From contig CM022670.1 in assembly GCA_012295275.1 (NCBI GenBank), forward strand, positions 21,700,001 to 21,764,000: a DNA stretch of 64,000 bases. Reading direction: 5' to 3'. Made by a program: the position numbers and the translations under genes. Of this stretch, positions 52,871-64,000 are shown piece by piece; the stretch's first letter is position 1, and every line of letters starts with the position of its first letter. The stretch comes from Chrysomallon squamiferum. Lineage: Eukaryota; Animalia; Mollusca. Under the pieces are notes generated by a model that made no database searches, was not told where the DNA came from, and was given only the letters and a program-made list of their open reading frames with translations.

Positions 52871-53968
52871 CTTTCTTATTCCATCTCTCTCTTTACATAC
52901 CTATCTCTCCGTATATTTATCTGTTTATATCTGTTTATTTCATATTAGTGTCAAATCTAAACTAAATAATATACACACAAAGAAGAAGAAAATACACACG
53001 AAACAATAAACTTGTCAAAATATCATACACAGTGATCTATGACACTCAAGTTTGTATGAGATCCTGATTCCTGAATTCGCTCAGAACTAATTCAACTCAG
53101 TGAAATATAGTATTACAATAACTATTAACTTTTGCAACTGAACTTAGAGAAAATGGATTTTTCACATTAAAGATTCTTTTTAAATACATTTTTAATTTGT
53201 TCCTTGGAGAGTCGTTGTTGTTGTTGTCGTTGTTGTATGTTAGCTTTTGCAACTGAACTTAGAGGAAACTGATTTTGTCACATTAAAGATTATTTTTTGT
53301 TGTCGTTGTTGTGTGTGAATATAAGTTTGTGTGTAACTATGTTCATCTCTCTGTACGTGTGTGCGTTCGTTTGAATCACTGAGTTTGGTAAGTTGATATA
53401 TATATATATATATATAACACATTTTCTATTAGAATGATAATTGTTGACAGTTACTTTTTTTTTCAATTTTTGCTTTCAAAATTTATGTATATAGTTTTTA
53501 ACTTTGGTATATAATGAATACAAACATATAGGCATACATGTACGCACTCATACGTAAATACACAACCACACACATATCTAGACAAAAAGGACAAATGCAT
53601 GAATACATACACATTCACAGATATATGAATATGTATTCATAAACGTAATATATCACTGCAATGCTGTCACTGACATAATGCGGGAGAGTTCCGGAACTGC
53701 AGTTATTGATATCCAATAATATGTAAAACATATTAAAGATAGCAACTTGCGATATAGGCCATTAATCTACAATATCCATTTGTTTAATCTTTAAAATATT
53801 TTTAATTTATTTATTTATTTATTTATTATTATTATTTTTTTTTTTGGTCCAAAAGATATCTATTTCAACAAGTTTCTTAGAGAACCAGTCTAGTTCTTCT
53901 TCTTCTCAGTATCATCCTAATCACATCATTATTAGTAATTACCACTAACATCATCATCACATTGTTAC

Positions 53969-54026
<58 letters not shown>

Positions 54027-55588
54027 TAAAGAACATTTTTTACTTTGGTAACTTTATCTGATATTTTTAAAGACGGCAACGCCCTTTACCTGTAAACTGT
54101 AATCGCCAAAGGCTTGCCCGCCAAACCGCTAAAATGCATCCCATTTAGTTCATATTCCATCCATATTTATGTTTTGTAAACAACGCGGACTTTTGACATT
54201 GAAAAGATGGTGTATTTTCTGAAGTATAAATATATCTTCTGCTTATTATGAGTTTTTACGACGTGGAAAATATGTTTTATTCACATCCATCAATGAACTC
54301 GACATGCCCTGCCTTGATTCATTTTTCTTCTGAATATGATAAAAAGTAAATTGTGTATTATTATTCTACCTCTGATGAATGGACACCTGCGATTCTCCAC
54401 AAGAGAGGTACCACTGTTGTTAACTTTGTTCAACACAAATCTCATTATTTATGAGTGTTTGTCTTTGTGTCCTGTATTTGTATATTTATATGAACACACT
54501 TATATTTAGCTCTTTTTATCTATTTCTATTCTAATTTAATAATATTATTATTACATATTTATAGATGTTACACTATTATACGCTCCAGCCCTATTATTAG
54601 CAGTGTTTTCTGGGACAATGAAACGTAAAAGAAAAATCTGTGTATAGGCTTTTATATCTGAAATAGAGCATTGATATTAGTGTCAGTCATTCTGCTTTTA
54701 ACGTCTTTAGTGTTGGCGTCTCTGTGGTGGTTACTGAATATTCATGAGTGAGAGGATCGTGTACTGACTGATACAGAGGTATGTATATTTATTTACATTT
54801 TTGACGTGAAGCCGGCAACCTGAGTCGTCGTGATACATTAAGATGGATTTTGATACAGAACTACACACATGTTGACATACTTTGCATTGTTAGTGTTATT
54901 TATTTTCAAATAAACAGATAAATAAAAAATAAATAAATAAATAAATAAATAAATAAAAATGTGGGAAAATATAAACGTACAAAACAACAAAACTGATTTA
55001 ACGTGAATATTCCTTATTTTCATATTTTGTGATTCTTCTGTGTATGAGAATTAAAATAAAATGACATAAACACAAGTAATGTTAACCTTTGTATATAGTA
55101 ATACGTACAAATAAAGGTGAACGACGAACATATCATAAATCCGAAATTACGTGAGAAAAAAAGATAATAATCTTGAGTCTCTGAATAGGTTTTGTTGTGT
55201 ATTTGCCAAACAGGGATACGTTGTCGAGCCTTTAAAAGGAAAAGCGAGACACATAAATATATACGTACACCACTGTACACTCTATGTATATCCACACAAA
55301 CACACACACAATTTGTATTATCATATTTTCAATGTGTCATATTTAAAGAACAATAATGTCATAAAATGCAAATTCAGAAATTCCATATATAAATAGATAC
55401 CGACATAAGTTTTATTTATTTATTTATTTTTTGTTTGTTTGTTTATTATTATTATTATCATTATTACTGCTAGTATCATGCGGTAAGAAGGAACAGTAGA
55501 CATAATGTTGAACTAAATGTTGAGTAAACGTGTGCGCTTTGAACACGACCCAGGTCTTCCTGGATCACCTTGTCTAGTTTAACACAAC

Positions 55589-55900
55589 ATGGCTGCAGTT
55601 TGCTTGGAGTTTTATGTTTTTCTCTGGTTTATTTTCACGTTTCAAGTTCACATTTCAGCTCAGTTTGGTAAGACGTTTAAAAATGTACAGACATACATAT
55701 ATGTATGTATGTATATGGATGTATATGTGTGGGTGTTAGTTCGTCCGTATATGCTTATAATTAATCTATTACTAAATACTAAGCTATATATGTATGTATG
55801 TATATAATGTTTCTAAAGCAAAAAATATATATATACTTATAAGTCCATAAGGACGAGGGTACGTACATATATATATATATACATACATATTTACATACAT

Positions 55901-55955
<55 letters not shown>

Positions 55956-56106
55956 TATATATATATATATGAATATATGTACGTCCTTCTGCACTTATAT
56001 ATGTATAATTAGTATAAACATATATTTACATATCTCTCTATATATGTGTATACCTATGCTAGCATGTATTTATGAATGTGTGTTTATGTGTGTGAGATTG
56101 TATACG

Positions 56107-56137
<31 letters not shown>

Positions 56138-58754
56138 GTGTGTCTATACATATATATATATGTATGTAGATAGATAGATAGGTAGATAGATATGAAGTGC
56201 CCACTGATGTTGCAGTTATTCAAAACTGTCATTATGACGAAAAATGACGCAATGTTACTACTACAAATATTCTAATCTTTGATTAGAAATAATGAAACGA
56301 ACCAATTTGTTTTAGTAATATTTGCGGGCACTGAGTAGTATGATGCATCTTTTTTCATATGTATGTACAGATATCGGACCAATTATCCGGACTCCTTGGG
56401 GCCTGACTGAGGTTTTCTGGTATCAAGCCATCTAAATACGTAAATAATTATGCATAAACATTTTTAAATAAAAAATATAAAGAAAATTGACGATATACAA
56501 CTGTGGCGACTCGACATGTAAACAATGCGGCGAGTGAAAGAACGCCACGCGGCTTGAAAGAGTAGTTTCGGTCTGGTGAGGACAACACCTGCGCTCGCGA
56601 ACTATGAAAATTGCGTCTGGAAAAACATTTCCGGTTTTGTGGTCTTTCTGGATTTCCGGACGCCGGATAATTGGTCCGGTACCTGTTTCTTCATATGTCG
56701 TTGTGTATATGTGTACGATATTGATATTCATATCTTTATTAAATATTTGTTAATTCCATTTTGATCAGTAAATGTAGCTAAGAGAAAGCCAGCCTACCAG
56801 AGTTCTTACCTTGACAACAGTTACAAAGCATCTACAGCTGTTGATGGAGTAACAAAACAAAATGGGAATAACTTTATGCACACAGCAATAGGACAGTCAT
56901 ACACATAGTGGGAAGTCGATCTAGGAAAACTGTACTTTGTCCATGAAGTGAAAATATATTTTAGAACTGAGAGTAAGTAAACATATTTTGGTGATGTGGA
57001 TTTCTCTTACATATTATTTTTTTTATGATATACTTGTTTTTCTTCTTCTTCTTCTTCTTGTTCTGAGTGTTGTTGTTGTTGTTGTTGTTATTGTTAATGT
57101 TGGGTGGTTGTTCTTGGTTTTTGTTCTAAATTTATAAACATAGATAAAAAAATACCTACATTTCACGAATACATACTTTACTAAATATATAAATACATAA
57201 ATATATAAATACATACATGTATATATATTCAGGCATAATTGCATGCATACATACATGTATACAAACATACATGCATGCACACATACACACATATATTCAT
57301 AGTATAATTACAGTAAGTTTAAGGAAGATCACACTATACAGTACGCTGATGCACATTTTATATTTACATTATGTGTCGTGTAGTAAATGCATTATTCGGT
57401 AGGACTTGATTGATTCCAGTTATTATATAAATACACAGACACTAAATGGAATATTTTCTAGAGAGAATGGACACTGTATTTATACAGGAATGTTGACAAC
57501 AGATGATTTCGATTTTTAATTTGTCGTTTTGTTGTTGTTTTTTTTTCAAAGAGATTTCTTAGATTCTTAAACTAGATTTCAACACTACCTGATGCTGGTC
57601 ATTAAAACGCGATATAAAAAGTTTATTTATTTATTTAATTATTTTTTAGAACATTGCAGTTTTATTTCAGATTATTAACTTTATATACTAGGATACATAA
57701 AACTCTATATTTTATATACTAATTTTATGTATTAAAGTCAAAAAACGAAGACGAGGAGTACAAATCTACACAAACACAGCAGTGAATTCATCTAACACAG
57801 GACATCTGTGTGGTACTGTTACTGGTAAACAAGATGGATCTGATATTCCTGGTGTCGTGAATTTCACGTGTAATGTTAATGCCAGATACGTGACTGTCTA
57901 CCAAAACAATGATAATGGCGCTAGTACAGCTTTAGATTTTCTAGAAGTTGAAGTATATGGTGAGTTAAAGTGAGCAATTTAATTAAACTATAATTATTTT
58001 AAAATTCGTTTTTTTCCGGAATAAAAACACCACAAGCAACCAGGTGATTTATTAATATTGATGATATTGATGATTATGATGACGAATAATAATTAATAAT
58101 AAGAACAACAACAGTAATAACAAATAGTTGTTGGTTCACAGTGTTTTAAAAGATTGTTGTAGAATATCATAATATAGTGAATGTAACATTGACAACAGAG
58201 TACTAAAAATAAACGAATATTATATGTGTGAGGAGGTATTTACATTACATTACATTATGTTGTACTAGCGTGTGAGCTGAACGTCAAGTATGGTTCTAAC
58301 TGTGAGAAGTTGTGTAAAAAACGTCATTGTGTTAACACACACTCATCTTGTGACGTACAGACAGGGAAGTGTGACATTGCAGGATGTAAGGCAGGATGGT
58401 ATGGAACAGACTGCAGACGAGGTACAGAATCAGTGTTTACTTTGAAATACATAGAAACAGAATTATAAATACAACCTTTAAAAACAGTGTGAAACCACTG
58501 AAGAAATAAAGTATTTTATTTAAGTAATAATAATCTAAATTCTTACAAACCACAAGTGTATGAATGTTATGAAAATCTGTTCTGGAAAGATATATTAACA
58601 ATTTATCATTCACTCTCTGAGAAGCAGGCAGAAAACATAATTATTCTTAATATTAAAATCAACTGTAATATGGTTAAACGACTGTTCATTACTTTATCTA
58701 TTTTAGATATCCTTAATTCAGTAAAAATAAATTCAGATATTGTTATAAGACTAC

Positions 58755-58817
<63 letters not shown>

Positions 58818-58960
58818 TGTAATAATACTAATATTAATACTGTTACCAGTACTAATCTTCATCATCATCATCATCATAATCATAATAATAAAAATGAAAA
58901 ACACAAAGGAACCATGCACTGAAATAAATTTATAAAATAATAGTAATAACGATAATTGTG

Positions 58961-59017
<57 letters not shown>

Positions 59018-60203
59018 GGAGTAGTAGGAGTAGAAGTACTTGTAGTAGTAGCGGTAGTATTAGTAGTAGTAGTAATAGTAATAGTATCCGTGGTAATAAT
59101 AATAGTACTAGTAAAACTAGCAGAAATGGTAATAATCGTAGTAAAAACAAAATAAAAAATAAAACTGAAACATAATAGAAAAATGGAAGATCCAAATATA
59201 CATAATTGATATGTGTGTATGTAGGTATGTATGTACGTATGTATGTATGTATTATGTATGTATGTATGTATGCATATCTTGATACAAATAACATATTATG
59301 AAATAAATATTACTATTTTCAGAATGCAGATCTGGAAAATACGGATTTGATTGTAATTCTATGTGTGGTCAGTGTAAAACAGAAACTTGTGATTTTATTT
59401 CTGGAAATTGTACAGAAGGTTGTAAAGACGGCTTTCAAGGACTTTTGTGTAAAGAAAGTGAGTATATTTGTTTAACTTATTTGTATTATTAGAGTTTGCA
59501 TTCTCTCATTCTGAAAGTTGTTTTAACTTGGATTTGGTTCAATGGTTAGAACTAAATATGCATGACATCTGTCGTAATTGGCACCGATACATTTTCTTTT
59601 CAATCCGATGTCCATTTGGTGTGTGCTTTTATTTTCTTGAACATAGATTGTTCACATATTGTTCATAAATTGTTCACACAAAATAACAATAAATGAATGA
59701 AATAAGCATTTGTATGTGTGTGGATTCATGCATTCATATATCTATGTATGTATGTACGTATGTACGTATGTATGTATGTATGCATCTATGTGTGCGTGTG
59801 TGTGTGTTTTAGGATTTTGAATATTCTCTGTCTTATGAACGTCTGAATAGACTCTGCACATCAAGACTTCACAAACCCGTCAGATGGCCGTAACGAGACT
59901 TGAACGTATGACAACCACTCGCCAGCACTCGACGTTACAACAGTCTAGACAATCTTTTTGTTTGTTTGTTTATTTGTTTTTGTTTTATTACACACACACA
60001 CACACACGCGCACACACACACACACATGGACACAACACATTTCAGTTAACATGTAATGGCATATAATTAACGACTATTAATTATTTTATCCTTTAATATG
60101 GTTATTTTTATTAATGGTCTTAAATAGAGCAGGAAGATATGACAGAAAATGTAAACCTGCTTGTGGAAACTGCAAGAAGAAACATTGTGGCTCATTCTTT
60201 GGA

Positions 60204-60234
<31 letters not shown>

Positions 60235-61619
60235 CATGTGTGTATGTGAGTATGTATCTATTTTAGGAATGAATTAGTCCAGCAACTGTCAACGTTAAAA
60301 AGAAAAAAGATATTGTCGTAATAACCCCATTATTAAAAGGCTTTGATGGTAGATTTGGTTAGGGCATCATCCGAAGAATGTTTTAGGACCAGTTGTACTC
60401 TCACTAATTTGCTTCATCCATGTGCAGGGAAGGTTACACAAACATATATTTTACAATATGCAAATAGTAATTGTTATTTTGTGGAGCGAGAGACGATGAA
60501 TAATAAAAATAAGTTTGTGTCTATTGTTTTGTATGTATATTTGTATTTGTGTATGCACGTACGGAATATGCTCGTAAGTGTGTGTTTATGTAATACTGTC
60601 TTTTATTGTATTTGTTTTTAACAAGGTAGTTAGGGACGTACATGAATGTACGTGTGTGTTTTCAAAAGATAATTAATACTGGTTTGCACGTTTCAATCAC
60701 AGACTGCCCTCTTGGCATGTTTGATGAAGGCTGCCTCCAGATCTGCGCTGAGAGACATTGCCATGGTAACCAGAAATGTGATTTTATGACAGGATTATGC
60801 GTTGATGGGTGCGAGGCCGGGTGGCAGGGTATATCTTGTAATACAGGTAACAATATGTATTATATTCCTTTCAGTTATGGTTGTCGCTTAGTAGAATATT
60901 ATTTTTTTTCATCTTGTTTTATGAAAAAAAAAAAATATTGTTTTTAATAAATACATTTACACGTGTAATCTTTCACGTTATTTTGTGGTTTAAATTTTAT
61001 TAAACTATACTATTTGTTTTGTTGGTTTGTTTTCAGTTTCACAACAAATACTCATAGACAGTATTATTGTGATTGTCATAGTCTTAGCCTTGATTTTAAG
61101 TGCGGCTGCACTTATTCTAGTTATTAGGTAAGCAAATAATTTAATATGCTATATAATATTTACTGTAATGAACAAACATTACATTCAGATATTTACTAAT
61201 GATTAAATATCTCTGTCTTTAGAAATATAATATATCTGTTAGGAAAGGAAACCATAAACTGATTTAAAACACAATGAATTGAATCTTGTTGATTTATATA
61301 AATAAATAATTTCAGGAGCAAAAGAACAACGACGAAATCGAAGGAACCAGCTGTGTCTTTTTTTAAAAGTCAAAATATCCAATCCACAACAACAACGACA
61401 AGTGCTCCAGTATACGAAGCTGTTGAAGACGATGTCGATGCTGCCCCTGCGTCAGACCAGAAATCTCCCAGACGTAAAAGAAAATGTGCAGGACAGCTTG
61501 ATGGTGAAATCACACAACACAACACAGACGACAACCAACAAGAGACAAATAATTACGACGCTTTGCAAGTTGAAACTGTTGATCAAGGATCTGCATACGA
61601 GCAAATGAGTAAGATATAA
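55589..61619 (+). pseudogene. Gene G: chimeric F-type lectin-3xEGF-TM receptor with YEAV/YDAL/YEQM tail; nonsense codon in lectin exon 2
   Basis: Exons: 55589-55667, 56769-56972 (TGG>TAG at 56906-56908), 57738-57959, EGF 58269-58421, 59323-59457, 60703-60846, TM 61037-61127, tail 61316-61619. A decayed EGF exon lies at ~60129-60207 (AGRYDRKCKPACGNCKKKHCGSFFGKC then (TG)n). Confidence 0.82.
56368..56685. mobile_element. MITE (~318 bp) with 23-24 bp TIRs in intron 1 of gene G
   Basis: CAGATATCGGACCAATTATCCGG ... CCGGATAATTGGTCCGGTACCTG, inverted with 2 mismatches. TA on the left side. Confidence 0.8.
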
Positions 61620-62744
61620 ACACTTCCACGATGTTCTGTACATTTCCAGACAACATAGAAATACATTGAACCTATTTTTAGAGACAGAAACCTAGCAGAC
61701 GTAATTTTGTTAACATGATAACAATATTTCAGAAAATAATGATGTCCTAGACAACGAAAGTTTTGTGATTGTTTGATTCGTTGTTGTCTTTTTACCATTT
61801 TGCTTCGTCTTCTTTTTGCTTTTGTTCACGCTGCTGTTGTTTTTTTATTTCTCTTATTTTCTCTTTTCCTTCCTTTAATTTCTTTTTTTTTTCTTCTTCT
61901 TTTCTATTTTGTATTGATGTTGGGTTTTCCTTTGTTTTCAAAACAAATGTCTTTTTACTAAATATTACTCAACACATTCATTTAATGATAGTTAATATGT
62001 AATTTGAAATATATATTAGACAGCTCAAAATATCTTACACAACGTTTATTGAAATAATTTGGAAAACATTTGATAACATTTTCCTTACTGACCCATTTAT
62101 CTCTTGATTTTTCTTATTTACAGAACTTTGATGCACGAGAAAAAGTTCATTCATGTATATATGTAAATGTTCCAGTTTGTTTTCTTTATTTAACGTTTAT
62201 CTTGTTCACATCATTTTTGTACATATTTATTGTGCTGATTTATTATGATAATAAAAATCATTATTGAATTTCTTCCAGACAGTGAATGTATATCATGGAA
62301 ATATATTATTAAAATAAAAATTATTTCAGAAAGAAAGAGATGTTTTCTTTATTAAGATCCAGACTTTATTATTATTATTATTATTATTTTTTTTTTTTTT
62401 GTTGTTGTTGTCTGTTTAAAGATTAAGTAAATATAATGTTATCTTACTTGGTTACTGTTTGTTTATGTGATCCTCATCCTCATTGTCATTCATCTACGTC
62501 TTAGAGGAACAGTTTTGAGAAATACCACTTCAGTGTACTGGTACAGAAACTACTTTACTCCAGTAGAATATTATGAAAATAAACAAAGTCGTCTGTGACA
62601 GTGCACTGCTGGTGACACTCTCCTATCCTGTAGAACAACATAGAAAAATGCTTCAATGATATAGGTTAAACATCAGTTCGATATATTATATTATATTATA
62701 TTATATTATATTATATTATATTATATTATATTATATTATACTAG

Positions 62745-62793
62745 CGTCTGATGTGAACGTCGTGTATGATTCTGTGTGAAGTTGTGTGACACA
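62745..62793 (+). pseudogene. Relic of family EGF exon 4 with its (TTATA)n acceptor region
   Basis: (TTATA)n-CTAG|CGTCTGATGTGAACGTCGTGTATGATTCT...AAGTTGTGTGA resembles TAG|CGTGTGAGCTGAACGTCAAGTATGGTTCT...AAGTTGTGTGA. Confidence 0.55.
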
Positions 62794-63332
62794 ACTACAC
62801 CTCTGTTAGTCTCTGTGAAAAATAAAAACAATATAAATAAATATCAAGGAGTTACAGAATTACATAAAAACTACTGTACTGCTAATACAATTCAGTGTAG
62901 TAAACTACTGACAGATAAGGAGAGGGAAAACATACTATCTATCACTAACATACTGACATAGGATCGTGATATTTTTTACATTTTCATATATATCGCTATA
63001 GCACAGATATATTTTACTACGATTCATAGACGAATTGAAGTCAGTTATAAAATATCTGACCGGTAGTAAGAAGTCGACACAGTATTAAAGTGATGTGGCT
63101 ATGTTACAGATTATAGTCACATGACAGTAATCATAATATTTGTCTTTCTTTTTTCTTTCTTTTTCTCTTAAATATAGGTTATAAATGTGTTTTGATAAAT
63201 TATTACCATATCGGTTTTAACGTAAACAAAATAAAAGTGGCGTATCGCCAGGATCGAATTAAGTGACAAGAAGAAGAAGAAGAACAACAATATTAAAAAT
63301 AGTGGTAGTAGTAGTAGTAGTAGTAGTATATA

Positions 63333-63371
<39 letters not shown>

Positions 63372-63396
63372 CAACATCAGCAGTAGTTGTAATAAC

Positions 63397-63431
<35 letters not shown>

Positions 63432-64000
63432 TGATGATAAAAGTTATTATTAAAATACTTCAACTATTACTACAACTACTAATGTTGATGTTGTTATTAT
63501 TATTATTCTTATTATTATTACTACTACTACTACTAATATTACTGTTACTAAAACTACTACCGCTAGTGCTACTATTACTAGAACTGATGCTGCTAATACC
63601 ATTTATGTTGTTGCTACTGATACTACTACCACCACGACTGCAATAACTACTACACTTCACGACTGCCATGCATCAACGACAATATGTTATGATAATGTTG
63701 ACGATGCAGATAATGATGATGGAAGTGGCAACAGTTAATACTACTACTACAACTACTAATTTCTTCTTTAAATAGCAGTACTGATGTCCACCAATAGCGC
63801 TCGTTACCAATTTATTTTCAGAAATGGTGAATTCTCAAACTGAAAAGGATTTTTTAATTTACTACATGTTTAAAAGGAGAATGAGATAGTATATCAGTTA
63901 ACTTTATTAATGGAATTTCTAATAAAAACAAAATCTAAAATCCGAAAATAAAGCGAGAAAAGGAAATAAGTAAAAGTGACAGCTGAATGTTGTGAACAAA

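Noticed and set aside
56432-56764. ORFs overlapping the GC-richer patch in intron 1 of G
   Set aside because: They lie within the 318-bp MITE and show no transposase motif.
58743-59294. Longest ORF (183 aa) and the many poly-L/I/N, ERER, CVCV and YIYI ORFs
   Set aside because: They are translations of (AAT)n, (CT)n, (GT)n, (AT)n and (TGTA)n microsatellites, with no splice or domain evidence.

Overview
Eukaryotic, AT-rich and microsatellite-rich genomic DNA, most likely molluscan (inferred from a mollusc-type SINE and the gene architecture). Most entries in the ORF track are simple-repeat artefacts. The real content is a tandem, head-to-head array of intron-containing type I membrane receptor genes. 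Copies A (cut by the window edge), B and C lie on the minus strand. Copies D, E, a promoter/exon-1 stub F, and G lie on the plus strand. Several relic exons are also present. Each gene has a signal-peptide exon, a two-exon F-type lectin (FTP/fucolectin-like) domain, a variable number of phase-1 EGF/laminin-EGF-like exons (MEGF10/SCARF/Draper-like), a TM exon and a tail with three tyrosine motifs (YEAV, YDAL-x10-YDKI or YEQM). The lectin framework is nearly invariant between copies while its predicted binding loops are hypervariable. EGF exons are duplicated, truncated or deleted copy by copy, and G is a mosaic of the two subfamilies. Only E is fully intact. C is intact if a stop-containing exon shared with B is skipped. 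B, D and G carry disabling lesions. The window also holds Tc1, pogo/Tc2-like MITE, ISL2EU/Harbinger-like and SINE remnants. Exon coordinates were read manually from GT/AG boundaries and paralog comparison; no database searches were run.
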